DNA of 64,000 nt from Eledone cirrhosa (Eukaryota). The notes under the pieces are model-generated. The model did no database searches and was not told where the DNA came from. It was given only the letters and a program-made list of their open reading frames with translations. Location: the NCBI GenBank assembly GCA_964016885.1, contig OZ024753.1, positions 17,422,001-17,486,000 on the forward strand, read 5' to 3'. The translations under genes were made by a program, and so were the position numbers. This document shows, one piece after another, positions 50,404 to 64,000 of the stretch (its first letter is position 1; the number at the start of each line of letters is the position of its first letter).

Positions 50404-51210
50404 CTTGATGTCACCTACACTACCACTACTACCTCTACTAATAGCACCACCACCACCACCACTACTACTACTACTACCTTGATGTCACCTACACTACCAC
50501 TACAACCTCTACTAATAGCACTACCACCGCTACTACTACTACCTTGAAGTCACCTACACTTGATTACTTCAACGCATTCAGAACATAAGCTGGCGATATC
50601 TGACTTTGAGAGAGATATATGCCGGCCTCCCACACATATCTGTTGTTGTACGTAAAAGGAGAGTAAGATTTGCTGGCCACTGCCATCGTGCCACCTATGA
50701 AGCTGTGTCCCCATTAGTTCTTTTCAAACCACAAGCAGTCACTAATAACAGGTGCAGAAGCTCTCCTATCCCGATTTTCTGGCCACTGCCATCGTGCCAC
50801 CTATGAGGCCGTGTCCCCATTAGTGCTTTAGAAACCACAAGCAGTCACTAATAACAGGGGGCACAAGCTCTCCTATCCCGATTTGCTGGCCACTGTCATC
50901 GTGCCACCTATGAGGCTGTGTCCCCATTAGTGCTTTGGAAACCACGAGCAGTCACTAATAACAGGGGGCACAAGCTCTCCTATCCCGATTTGCTGGCCAC
51001 TGTCATCGTGCCACCTATGAGGCTGTGTCCCCATTAGTGCTTTGGAAACCACAAGCAGTCACTAATAACAGAGGGCACACACTCTCCTATCGCGATGTCA
51101 TCTCCAGAGATTCTGGTATTGAAATCCAGGACTTGGAAATGGCAATGAACGACAGACCCACGTGGAGATCAATTGTTGAGTCGATTTCAGCTGAGGTCGC
51201 CTGATGATGA
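49535..51210 (+). mobile_element. RTE-clade LINE 3' portion (second family) disrupted by two tandem expansions
   Basis: LLYGSETWTLS...CLDGTYT, then a minisatellite, then LLQRIQNISW...RKRRVRFAGHCHR...MAMNDRPTWRSIV, stop and (TGA)n tail. Confidence 0.85.
49588..50560. repeat. Minisatellite CCTTGATGGCACCTAC(ACT/ACC)n
   Basis: Direct reading. Confidence 0.95.
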
Positions 51211-53391
51211 TAGATGTTAGCGTGTGTGTATATATGTGCATGTGTGAATGTTTTTCATATGTGTATACGTGTGGTTTTTACTGAGTATATCTTTGTTTCC
51301 ATAATGAATTTTCGAATAACAGAGCCTAACCTGTATTTCACTTTAGATATTCACTTCCTTAATTGCTGCCCACGTAATAAGTCCATTATCTAATGACTAA
51401 GTCAATCACCCAGTCCTACATACATTATATCCCCCTCTTTCTCTCACAGTTTTCCGTTCTATCTTTCTTTTCTTCTCTCTCCCCCGCTAACTCTCCTGTT
51501 TATATTCTTACTTTGTATCTCGTTTCCGAAGCTAGAAATAATTAGAACCAGGAATAATTAGTAATGGAAACGATGACTTGAAGAAACTTCAATAAGCGGT
51601 GGGAAATATTTATTACCTGTCAAGTGCAAAGTAAATTTTATTTAAACTGGTCTTTATTACAGTAATAGGGAAGCCCTGAGATTCGTGGCGGGAATGACGC
51701 ACTATAGGCTTTGAGGTATAGAGGCTCGGCTAATATATCTGTAAGGACTCGTAACTCCTGATAGAATCATATCAGTGCCGTCCTGACATACCGTTTACTT
51801 TGGCCACTTTAAACCTGGCAAAGCCCGTCACTAACTAGGTATAAACACAACGGCTTTCTTTCAGAGAGAGAGGGGGTGAGGAGGAGATGTAGAGAAATAA
51901 ATTACTGGCCTGGTACATATTTATCGACCCCGAACGAATGAAGGGCAATGATTTTGCTCGCTAGCGTTTCGGCTTAGCACACAATTCACATGGAATTCAA
52001 GAGAAAATAATAATAAATACATATGTATGCAGGTACAACAGTGTAGTTCTATCTAGATATCGGTCCATAGGGCCGGAATTACTGATAAAGTTGTATGAGC
52101 CGGTTGCTTCTACAACTTAAGAGGAAAACGAACATTACACGTGACACAAAGGATTGTGGACCTCACTAAAACTTTTAAACCATGTTTAAAAGAGTGATGA
52201 GTCAATAATCTCTAACTAGGCTATAAATGTTAGCTAAACCTCGTAAAATTAGTAGTGAAAGCCTGAAACTCCTGCAACTCTAAAATGAATAAAACAAGCT
52301 GGTTATGATTGGATCACCTTTGAATATATATCTAACCTATCACGGTAGCCATTGAGCTAAACAACACCATCACCATCACCACCAACAACAACAACCACAA
52401 CAAAAACAACGAAAAACACAATCACCATCACCATCACCACCAACAACCACAACAAAAACAACGCAAAACACCATCATCATCACACACTAAAAATAAATGA
52501 TATTTACATGTAAATACTATTTTAATGTAGGTAGAATGCCAGCAATTTGGTGGTGGGTTGGAGTTAGTGTATGAAATAGACCACAGTATTTGAGTGGTGA
52601 TTTATGTACAGATTCCTGAAGGATGAAAAAGAAAGTTGACCTCGGTGTGATTTGAAATTTCAACCTATATCTTCAGAAGAATTTCCGCAGTCCATTTTTC
52701 TCCCCTAGACTCTGCCAAAGCCAGCACACTTTTAAATGTAACGAAAAGAGTACAAATATATTTCTACACACTGGTGCTTAGATTGAATTTCCTAGAGCTA
52801 CGTAGTGCAAGATATATAACATCAACCGACATTAAGATTCTCTTACAAGGAACATTTCCACAAATTCTGCTACCTAATTACGATATCAGTTCCGTATAAT
52901 TAATTTTACTGCTGTTATGTAGAACGAATCAAATCCAGTAATGAATTTCTGCACAAGAACAAATACCACAAAATGAATATCTGGCTCAATATCTACGTGT
53001 AAATAGTATTTATTGAACACGATTTAAATGGAAATTATATACAGTTTCTGTATCAAGGGAATAGCTTTTAAGCCGAAATTACTGTATATAATTTATTTTT
53101 TTCTAGAACAGAATTATTCAGTCATGCTCAAAGCTTGATGTTGCTCTCATAGGCTTTAGACAGTTCTCAATTCTTATAGATTACATTGAGAATATTTAAA
53201 AAATAAATAATTTAAACGAACGTACATAGTATATTGGTATTCGTTAACTCGGTATTGAGTTGCATAATAGTAATATAGATGAGTGATTATGAACAACTAC
53301 AGATTTGGTTTATACTTGGTTCACTCAGAACATTTCAAAGTACACGACTGGCATTGTTTTTTCTTCAGAATATATATATATATATATATAT

Positions 53392-54122
53392 TCTGGTTTA
53401 CCCAAACTATTGAGCCCTCTGCCACACATTTCGAAGATTGTGTTTCGTGATTTCGTGGGCTGAGATTTCGATTCTCGATTATTTATTTGTATTTATCTCC
53501 AGTCTTTAGCTATTGACCAGTTAATTTTATTGATTTTTTAGTTAATCTTATTGACTGATGAATAGCTCTTGTTAATTTTAACACGTCTGTTGAGAACTCT
53601 AATTCGATATGTGATATTTTGTATTTTTACAAAAATATACACTTTACTGAATTCATTCGCCTATTATAGGGTTCCCTCCCTTGCTGGACTACATGTGCGT
53701 TTAGTAACGGGTCAGGTGTCTCTATATTTCTGAACGAAATGCCTGTTGAGAAAGCAGCTTCCTCGTTCATCTCTTTACCAGAAGTCAGATATAATTTTTA
53801 TGTGGGCCGACGGTAATTGATTAAGGAACTGCAGAAGCCCATAAAGCTAGATATTAACATCTTTCTAGCGGGTCAGGGTAAGATTTTACATTCATTTAAT
53901 TTATTAATTTATTAATTTATTATTTGTGTGACCCGAATTTTCCTGGTCGTTTTTTCGGCTGTGCGAATGATTTTAAGCATTGTCTCTATGTGTTGGTATT
54001 TTAACGATAGTTATAGATCTGGTTTATCCAAACTATTGAGCCCTCTGCCACACATGTCGAAGATTGTGTTTCGTGATTTCGTGGGCTGAGATTTCGATTC
54101 TCGATTATTTATTTGTATTTAT
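53392..54122. mobile_element. TA-flanked terminally redundant element (626-bp period)
   Basis: 105-bp direct repeats 53392-53496 and 54018-54122. Only a degenerate CTGATGA motif at 53555. Confidence 0.55.
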
Positions 54123-54164
54123 TTGTATATATATATATAAAATAAATGATATTAATAAATGGAA

Positions 54165-54311
54165 ACTATATTTATAAACCATATTTATTCTATTATATAT
54201 ATTTCAAGGGTACCAAAACTTTGGTACGCTCAAATCAGATGAAATACAAAGTTTATTTTATAAATATTGACATATCCAGGAATGAGACCTTAACGGTTCA
54301 AGTTTCACCTG
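54165..54311 (-). mobile_element. Paralogue of the 10727-10870 repeat with a mutated hammerhead core
   Basis: Minus strand ATCTGATTTGAGCGTACCAAAGTTTTGGTACCCTTGAAATATATATAATAGAATAAATATGG. Confidence 0.7.
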
Positions 54312-54312
54312 G

Positions 54313-54352
<40 letters not shown>

Positions 54353-55274
54353 AACCGTATGTAAACACCGATTGCGAGGACTTACTTCGCCCTCAAACAC
54401 CCTCATGACCCGGGTAGGTAGACGATGGCTGTAACATCCTTATTCTCCCCACTTGCCGAACAAGATAGGGGAAACCCCAGCATACATAGGTAGATGTACT
54501 TCTTTTCTCTCTTCTTCTCACTTCCTTCTCCTCCCTCTCGTCTTCCTTTTCCTTTTTTCTCTTTCGCCTACCCTGAGGCAGCCCATCGGGCTTTTGTAGC
54601 CTCAGTACCCCCACCCCAGTAAATTCTATATAACAGTGGCCGAAAACGCAATACCAGCTAAAAATATAGCAGTGTTTTAGACTCTAATTTTTTTAATTAT
54701 TTTTTATTATTGAATTTTTTAATATTATTATTTTTAGTTATTATTTTTTAATTTTTTAATTTCAATTTATTAACTTTTTAATTTTATAACTTCAGAATTC
54801 TTTTTTCGCCTGATTTCTAGCCAGCCTTATTTCTTCCACATTTTCTTAGAATTTCAACGCTTGACCGGCTCCACCCACTCCGTCATTGTTCCACAGGCAA
54901 GTTAAGGTGAAAGCAGCGATTCTTTGCTTAAACTTTAATTTTTTATTTTAATAAAAAAAAATATATATATATCTGTATATATATATATATATATATATAT
55001 TAATATATATTAATTAAACAATGAAAATAATAGCAACAAAGTTGAGTTATTTTACCTATTCATATCATTGTTTTATGATCGTTTCGGAGGGTTGATCATA
55101 TTGATATATTGTCTGATCTATAGCAGTTATATAATTGTATAACTTAGATATCTGACTCTGTATCTAAGGAGTTAACACGGAACCTTTCTATGGATTTCAC
55201 TGGATTACTCCCCATCAGATTACATTGAGTTCTATTTATGGTACGGACCCTGCCAGCAAAGGTAGACCACATTG

Positions 55275-55354
<80 letters not shown>

Positions 55355-55644
55355 CTGATGGTAGCTAAGATGCTTCCATAGGTGGTATGCCAGTTGATCA
55401 CTCTATGTTCTTACAGAGCAGATTATGAAAGAATAGAAAGCGAAAAAATTATTGTGAGAGTGAGAGAATATGCTCCGAAATCATTAGACGTGTCCGTCGA
55501 ACCTGCGGGTCCAGAATCAAACAGACCCACACAATGATCGCGTCTCGAGCTCTCCACCGGGGAAACAATTGTAACACAATACATTGAGTTCAGATGCATC
55601 ACTGATTTTTCGTTTTCTATTCTCTCTCTCTATCTCTATCTCTA

Positions 55645-55692
<48 letters not shown>

Positions 55693-56139
55693 ATGTGATG
55701 GCTGCCGCCTCGTTATCGAGTATGGCCATTGCACGATATACCATTATTAATTCTATCGTGCAATGCCTGTGCGTGAAGATATTTTTCAAAGTGAGGAAAG
55801 ACTGTGCACTGAGCCAATCCCACTCTCTGAGCGACAGTAACCACAACCCGAATGGAAGAAAATATCAACATCATCGGTAACTACTGAGCCGCAGGTTTTA
55901 TATCGGGGTTATCCCAGTTTCCTGAGTTGCCTTCTCCTATATATGTATATATATATATATATATATGTGTGTGTTGGTGTGTTTGTTTGTGTGTGTGTTT
56001 ATAAATGTGTTGGTGCTAATACAGTATGTGTATGGCTGGTATTTCGAAATTTCCTTTATAAATGTCAGACATAATAAAATATAACGATGAGATAACATCT
56101 GTGTCTACAGTAAGTGTGAGATGACAACTATTGATAGTT

Positions 56140-56241
56140 TGTTCTTACTGTTGTTGTTGTTGTTCTTACTGTTGTTGTTGTTGTTACTGTTGTTGTTGTT
56201 ACTGTTGTTACTGTTGTTGTTACTGTTGTTGTTGTTGTTGT

Positions 56242-56300
<59 letters not shown>

Positions 56301-56340
56301 CTGTTGTTGTTGTTGTTGTTGTTGTTGCTGCTGTTGTTGC

Positions 56341-56371
<31 letters not shown>

Positions 56372-56950
56372 ACTGTTGTTGTTGTTGTTACTGTTGTTGT
56401 TGTTGTTACTGTTGTTGTTGTTACTCTTGTTGTTACTGTCGTTTCTGTAACTGTTGTTGTTTGCTTTCCTCTAAATCTGTCACGTTTGAAACTCATCCTG
56501 TTTCACTATTTAATCTTATCAACACCACCACCACCATTATCACTCACACCACCACCACCACCACCATTATCACTCACACCACCACCACCACCACCATTAT
56601 CATACACACCACCACCACCACAAACATTATCACCAACACCACCACCACCATTATCACTCACACCACCAACACTACCACCATTATCACCAACACCAACACC
56701 ACAAACATCATCACCGACACCACCACCATTATCACACACCACCACCACCACCATTATCACTCACCACCACCACCACTAACAACACCACCATCACAGCCAA
56801 CACCACTAACAATACGATGACCACCATCACCAACACCTCCACCACCACTACCAACACCGCCATCATCACTACCACCCCACCACCATCACCACCATCACAG
56901 CCACCACCAACACTACCATTACCATTATCACCACCACCACCATTACCATT
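56140..56950. repeat. (GTT/GCT)n tract followed by an (ACC)n-rich tract
   Basis: Direct reading. Source of the poly-L, poly-C and poly-T ORFs. Confidence 0.95.
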
Positions 56951-57959
56951 ATCGTTCTCCTTGTCATCATAGCTATCATTATTCCAAATGATGTGGAGTG
57001 TTGAAACATAACAGCAATATCAAGTTGACAGAAGATAAAAATAGAAAACGACAACAACAACGATAACAACAACAGCAACAATACATTTCTCAGTAATTTC
57101 CATCACAAGTCAATGCCAAATAAGAAACAGATAAAACAATAGAATCAGATAACAAATATAATAAATACAAACCAAAGTCCAACAACAACAACACCACCAA
57201 CACCATCAACAACAATAACATTAGTGAAACTTGTTAACCAAAAACAAAAGCAAAATAAAAAAAAACAAGCCACAACAACAAAAACAATAAAAAGTATCAA
57301 AAAAGAAATATTGTAAAAGAAGTGGCAACAGTTGTGATTGGTTCATAAAAAAAACAAGATGGTGGACTGATGGATGAGACATTGGAGGCAGTCTTTTAAT
57401 ACTGAATATCAGCAAATAATAGTTTCATTTATTGGCCACAGGGACCGACATATAGGGGACAATACAAAAGACTGGGACAGTGTGGGAGGGGGGGGGAATA
57501 TATAACGTGTCAACAATATAAAATACAATATCAAAATCTAAACTATAAGGAACGTCTGTGGGACTGCGTACGATTTTGTTTTTTTTTAACCCGTTTGTAA
57601 AATAAGTTGGATTACTTTGAATAAATAATGAATGAATATTACATAATTTACCTACTAAATTTCGTAGCTGTTCATTAAATATATTTTGTTTATTTAAAGA
57701 TTCACTTCTTTAAAATTTCTGAAATGTCAACACTTCCGGTGGCGATCGCTGAAATAAACATACTAATTTTCTGTCACTAATTTTCTCCTAATGCAGTTTA
57801 TATATAATATCGTCTTTTTTTTAATGTATCATGGAATACGTTACTGATTACATAAGACAGTGTAACACAGTCTTCGTTCAATTTCTGTGGATATTGTCAA
57901 TTACGATTTTATTTGACGTATCATATCTACATGTATATATACTTATGTATAATATCAAT

Positions 57960-58762
57960 ATACACACCACACATGCTAGCAGAAAACCACCCAAAGGGTG
58001 GTTTTTCTGCTAGTAACAATAAAAATACAAGGAAAATTCCCCAAGAGGGAGGGGGGGGGGGGGGGTTCACTCAGGTACACCACCAATCCTGAACGACCCG
58101 ACGCTTCGAGAGCACCCGGGAAGAGCACCCCTTTCCTCCTCAAATTCCCCCACCTACAGGCGCATGATCAGAGTAGGTCCACTCACACGGGCCATTCTCG
58201 CCACATTCACCCACCTTTCAGCAAATGTACTGGGGGGGGCAGCACTTCTCTCTCCACCCTCACCTTCCTTGCCACCAGACAGAGGAAAATTGCCTGCTCT
58301 TCCTGGCCAAAAGAAGGCGGCGGGTCGATCTTCACTATGGACTCGGCCGATAGCCGGATCCGTTCTACACGCGACAACAGGTGTTCGACATAACTCCACA
58401 AGTCAGTAATGCACGGACACTGGACGAGTGCGTGCAGAACCGTTTCGTTGCTCTGCGCGCATCTCGGGCAAGTCCGTCTGACAGCACCTCCGGATCTGTA
58501 GAGTTTATCTCGAACCGGCAGTGCCCCCCGGTAGCACTGCCTAGCGAGGGATTTTTGGAAATTATCCATCGTCCCCGGCTCGAAAGTCCTCCGGACTGGT
58601 CAGTTCGACTTCGTCGACGCCCAGAGCCTTTCCGAGTGCGTCGTCGCACTTCCCCACCACTAATCCTCTATAGAACTCGAGAGTGGAAGTTCCACTGACC
58701 GCATTGCCCGCCTGGTAGAGGGCAGTGAGTGCCTGGCAACATTCCAGATGCCAGTCAACTGG
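57960..58762 (-). mobile_element. L1/Tx1-clade LINE ORF2 C-terminus (CCHC zinc finger) and 3' region
   Basis: ORF 58207-58569 ALPVRDKLYR...TCPRCAQSNETVLHALVQCP..DLW is a CX2CX8HX4C motif of the zf-RVT type. Confidence 0.85.
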
Positions 58763-59099
58763 TGGTTAATAATAATAATAATGGTTTCTGGTTTAGGCAA
58801 ATAGCCAAAAAATATTTGGTGCATGACAATAATAATTACAATAGTATCTTTATTATCCACATAGGGCTGACATGAAAAACATGACAACACAGGACAGCTA
58901 ACGGCACTTCCATACCAGTTGAGTCTATCTCATACTGTTAAAGCTCCTTAATCGTAATACCAGCTCAAGGAATTCCGGAGGTTATCCGTGGGCTTTGGAC
59001 TGAAACAGTGGCTAGTTCATTCCCGCCGACGCATAGAATTTCCCCAAGAACGTCATCGGTATTACCCGCTAATAATCCTATTTAGAAGGCCACAGTAAA

Positions 59100-59296
59100 G
59101 TTTCTACCGATCATATTTCCAGATTGACGGTGGAACATTCCAGTTTCGAAGTACTCGCTCCCTCACGGTCTTCAATAGACCCAGAACAGGAGGTCTGTCA
59201 GCAGATATGTTCGGGAAAAATGTATCTACTAAACGGTGGAGATATCGTAGCCGTAGTGCATGTCTGCGCATGATCACCCACGACATAGCCAGTCCG
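59100..59296 (-). mobile_element. Probable upstream fragment of the same or a related L1/Tx1 ORF2
   Basis: GLAMSWVIMRRHALRLRYLHRL resembles the GGLG.P....AL.L.. block that follows the RT domain. Strand and order fit 58207-58762. Confidence 0.5.
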
Positions 59297-59370
59297 TAAC
59301 GTTGATTTCATGCACACACACATACACATACACGCACGTTCACGCATATACACAGGTGCGCGCATATATA

Positions 59371-59413
<43 letters not shown>

Positions 59414-59504
59414 GCAGTGTCCACACAATTTCCAAGCATCTCCAGTCAATGTTTCATATGTAAAAACCTACAATCTTTAGCTTACTCTCGTCTCAATACC
59501 AAGA

Positions 59505-59561
59505 GTAGAAATATCACTGATGACGGAGAAACATCCAGAAACACGAGTATGTTTATTCTAC
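59505..59561 (+). ncRNA. Minimal type I hammerhead ribozyme motif
   Basis: GTAGAAATATCA-CTGATGA-C-GGA(GAAACA)TCC-A-GAAA-C(ACGA)G-TA^TGTTTATTCTAC, followed by TA repeats. Stem I imperfect. Confidence 0.6.
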
Positions 59562-59780
59562 ATATATATATATCGCAAAGATCCATATTAAATATATATA
59601 TATATATGTTAAGTATTTCCATGATAAAGGTAAAAGAAAGAAGAGTTCTCTGTGTAATACAGAGCTATTTAATTATGTAACGGATTCAGACGCCTCTGTT
59701 CGAATCGTCTGACTTCGTGAAACCTTGGGTAATGGAATAATTATATTGCGTGGTTTATTACATAAAAATATATATGTATT

Positions 59781-59820
<40 letters not shown>

Positions 59821-60697
59821 TATAAACTTACGAAAATTAACAAAGCGAGAACAAGACAACAGGCGAAAACAAGGCAAAACGTAAAAAAACTTTTAAAGGG
59901 GAAAACTTTAAAAAATATATTTTGAAAATAAGAATAGAAACAAAGGACGCAGAACTCGAGGATCATCGACCGTTGAGATGGACTTTGGCAGATTCGACCC
60001 CTACTAATGGTACTGGTACTCCACCCGGGGTCACAGCGTCTGACACAAGCCAAAGCGCTGTCCAGTGCTGTAAGAGTTGAGACAAAATAGTAACTTATTG
60101 CGATTAAGCTATAAGTACACACACACACATATATATACACACATATATATATGCACACATATATATGAGCCCACATATATATATGCATACATATATATAT
60201 GCACACATATATATAAGCCCACATATATATATGCACATATATATATGATGGCTGTAAACTCTGCTAAGTGTACTGCAATTGCTTGGAGGATTATAGAGTT
60301 TGGTGTACTTTTAGGCTACGGCCAGCCACACGAACCTGTACCATATCCTGAACAAGCAATGCCTGAGCTTTGAATGTGTATTAAGTGGGGAAAGCCTTGC
60401 ACTCGACCATCCCACACTCTGAGCATCATAAACTCTACCCGAAAAGGAGAACTGGTCAACATCATCGGATACTTCCGAAGCCGCAGGTTTTTTTTCAGAA
60501 TTTCCCTCTCTAAGAAAGGTGTTGTGACCACAACTGGGGACCTTTCACTCCCAGGTGAAAATAAAAAAAAAAAAAAAAAAAGAAAACAAAACCTACCATT
60601 TGGATGGCCGTTGACGCTGCTGAATCCCTCCACCCTTTGCCGGGTCTTGTATTTCCTCCTGCAGGGTGTCCAAATATCCTCCTCCTCACCTCACCTA

Positions 60698-60737
<40 letters not shown>

Positions 60738-61530
60738 CGTTATTCCGGGTTGAATCGGAGGTAACCACAGTAAGTAAGGTACTCAATACATAGCAGAGTA
60801 TAAAAGTTTTAATATAGATGAGATTCTACAGGACTAGAACTGTTTCATTCATTAGAAATCATCAGGAATCTGGGTATCAAAAATAAAAATGGTATTTATA
60901 GGTCTCTACAAGTGGTAGGAGAGGGTGGGGAGTGGGATGGGTGCAGGTCATTGGTTGATAGAAAAGGGAATTCATTAAAAGCTAATTCTACAAAGCTATA
61001 GTTTATTTTTATTTATTTATGTTTTTAGAGTAACAAGGGCAGACAGAATTCTATAAACAGGTTCCGGATGGCATACCATTCCTTGTCATTAAGTTTCTCT
61101 TAAGCTAGGGCGGTGGATTGGCAGTATCGGTAGAGGGTCTGACGCTATGCTTTGCAGCAAAGAGTTACGCCCCTTTATGGTTTGAGTTCAAATCCCGCCG
61201 AGGTTAACTTTGCCTTTCATCCTTACGGGGTCGATAAAATAAAGTACCAGTAATGCACTGGATAATTGCTGGCCTTGTGCCAAAAGTAGAAACAATTAAG
61301 TTTCTCTTAAGCTAACAGATGTCTATAAAATCAGTGGGGGGTCAGTTATTGTAGATAGAATTAAAGGAAAGGGAGGTTCTTTAAAAGCTAAAGTCATTAA
61401 GGTTCTACTAAGTGACAAAGGTCTAGAGAATTCTGCAGACAGATTCAAAATACTGAGTGCATATCTTACTATTATCTTCGAACTTCTCTTAAACTAATCA
61501 ACTATATGCCAAAAATCAACAGACACATTC
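60738..61530 (-). mobile_element. Penelope-like terminal remnant with hammerhead at 60821-60871, interrupted by SINE A
   Basis: Starts at (TA)n. 60804-61060 is the inverted copy of 63030-63292. Confidence 0.6.
61108..61294 (+). mobile_element. SINE family A, full length, with 20-bp TSD
   Basis: TSD ATTAAGTTTCTCTTAAGCTA at 61088-61107 and 61295-61314. Confidence 0.95.
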
Positions 61531-61547
61531 ACAAAAAAACAAAAAAA

Positions 61548-61923
61548 ACATACTCACTCACACACTTACGCGCAACCATAAACACACACACAAACACATA
61601 TATACACACATATATAAATATACACATATATATATATATATAAATATATATACATATATACACACATATATATATATACACATACACACACACACATACA
61701 CATACATACACACACACACATATATACACATATAAATACACTCACACACATACATACAAACACATATACATGTGTATACAAGTACACACAAATACATATA
61801 GACATATATACATACATATACACAGACACATATACACACATATATATATATATATATATATACACATACACACATACATAAATACACATATATACATATA
61901 TATACACACACATACGTATACAA

Positions 61924-61982
<59 letters not shown>

Positions 61983-62149
61983 TACATACACACACATACA
62001 TACATATATATATATATATATAAAAAAACCCATACACACACATATATACATATACACACACATACACACAAACACACACACACATATATATACATATACA
62101 TATATATATATACATTCATATATATAACCATATACAGATATACATATAT

Positions 62150-62181
<32 letters not shown>

Positions 62182-62208
62182 ACATAAAACAAATATATAC
62201 ACATACAA

Positions 62209-62291
<83 letters not shown>

Positions 62292-62426
62292 CACATACAC
62301 ACACATACACATATATAAGGAAAAAGCACCATACATACATATATATATATACATATATACATATATATATATACATATATACATATATATATACACATAT
62401 ATATATATATATATACACACACAAAC

Positions 62427-62467
<41 letters not shown>

Positions 62468-62532
62468 TATATACACACATATATACACACACCCACATAT
62501 ATACATATATATATACACACATACATACACAC

Positions 62533-62589
<57 letters not shown>

Positions 62590-62650
62590 AATATATACAT
62601 ATATATAAAAATATACACACACATATACATACATACACACACACATATAT

Positions 62651-62737
<87 letters not shown>

Positions 62738-62904
62738 CAAACACACATACAAACATACATATACACATACATACATATAAACATATATATACACATATAT
62801 ACACGCATGTATATACAATAAATATATATATATATACAATTAAGTTCGTAAATATATATATATATACAATTAAGTTCATTTAATTTCGTTTCGTTATTTG
62901 TTTT

Positions 62905-62940
<36 letters not shown>

Positions 62941-63030
62941 CATATATACATATATATATATATAAAAATATACACACACATATACATATTATATATACAC
63001 ATATACACACACACATATATACACATACAC
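61548..63030. repeat. (CA)/(TA) compound microsatellite, about 1.5 kb
   Basis: Direct reading. Confidence 0.97.
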
Positions 63031-63224
63031 TGTTTATAGAATTCTGTCTGCCCTTGTTACTCTAAAAACATAAATAAATAAAAATAAAAATAAACTAAAG
63101 CTTTGTAGAATTAGCTTTTAATGAATTCCCTTTTCTATCAACCAATGACCTGCACCCATCCCACTCCCCACCCTCTCCTACCACTTGTAGAGACCTATAA
63201 ATACCATTTTTATTTCTGATTCCC

Positions 63225-63275
63225 AGATTCCTGATGATTTCTAATGAATGAAACAGTTCTAGTCCTGTAGAATCT
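63225..63275 (+). ncRNA. Type I hammerhead ribozyme with intact core
   Basis: AGATTC-CTGATGA-T-TTC(TAAT)GAA-T-GAAA-CAG(TTCTAGTC)CTG-TA^GAATCT. Perfect 6-bp stem I, 4-bp stem III, GUA site, cleavage predicted after 63269. Confidence 0.8.
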
Positions 63276-63289
63276 CATCTATATTAAAA

Positions 63290-63435
<146 letters not shown>

Positions 63436-63437
63436 GA

Positions 63438-63725
63438 AGGCGCATGGCTTAGTGGTTAGAGCATTGGACTTGCAATCGAAAGGTTGTGAGTTCGATTCTC
63501 GGACTGGGTGATGCGTTGTGTTCTTGAGCAAGACACTTTATCCAGTTTACTCAGCTGTAGAAATGAGCTGCGACGTCACGGGTGTTAAGCTGTATCGGCC
63601 ATTGCCTTTCCCTTGGACCTCATCTGTGGCGTGGAGAGGGGCGACTGATGGTCTTCCACAAACAATCTTGCCTGGACTTACGCCTGGGAGGGAAAACTTC
63701 CTCGGTGCAAATCCCATGGTCATTC
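63438..63725 (+). mobile_element. tRNA-derived SINE family C, near full length
   Basis: A box TGGCTTAGTGG, B box GAGTTCGATTCTC, TTCTTGAGCAAGACACTT block, poly-T end. Confidence 0.88.
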
Positions 63726-64000
63726 TTTTTTTTTTTTTATATATACACATATATATATATTCACAAAATTCCATGTGAAAGATCCCATCATACGATGTAA
63801 ATACTGTTGAACTTCGTACATTACAACACTTTCCCCTTATGTCAGCGAATTACATCGCAATCTCTTTCCAGCTATTTATTAATCATTACCTATAGATCTA
63901 TCAAAGAATGACCGAGTCTCTTGCCTCACCGTTCATTAACACATATCCAAAGCGTCCCTCGGGGGAAACACCTTCTCCATCTGTCCGCCGGGGCTGAGGG

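Noticed and set aside
49588-50560. Constant repeat with variable spacers, CRISPR-like
   Set aside because: The spacers are only (ACT/ACC)n slippage tracts and the constant part is RTE coding sequence.
56121-56820. Poly-Leu, poly-Cys and poly-Thr ORFs
   Set aside because: Trinucleotide microsatellite translations.
61529-62979. Long YI/CV-rich ORFs (also 21405-22414 and similar)
   Set aside because: Dinucleotide microsatellite translations.

Overview
Repeat-dominated, AT-rich eukaryotic genomic DNA with no supportable host protein-coding gene. The SINE families, RTE and L1/Tx1 LINE remnants and dense (TA)n/(CA)n tracts resemble octopod cephalopod DNA; this is inferred from repeat recognition, not from a database search. 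Almost every long ORF in the track is an artefact of a micro- or minisatellite. Contents: at least four SINE-like families (two copies with clear target-site duplications), three RTE 3' fragments, a decayed L1/Tx1 element, two or three MITEs, a 5'-clipped tRNA-Pro(AGG) fused to a SINE inside one TSD, about ten tandem arrays (three derived from transposon sequence) and a 17.4-kb GGT/GTT/GAT satellite. The most interesting signal is a set of short non-coding elements, mostly embedded in (TA)n tracts, that carry type I hammerhead ribozyme motifs (about 8 near-intact motifs in unrelated sequence families). Several are terminally redundant or folded back into long palindromes, as expected for Penelope-like or retrozyme-type retroelements. 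All alignments and folds were done by eye.
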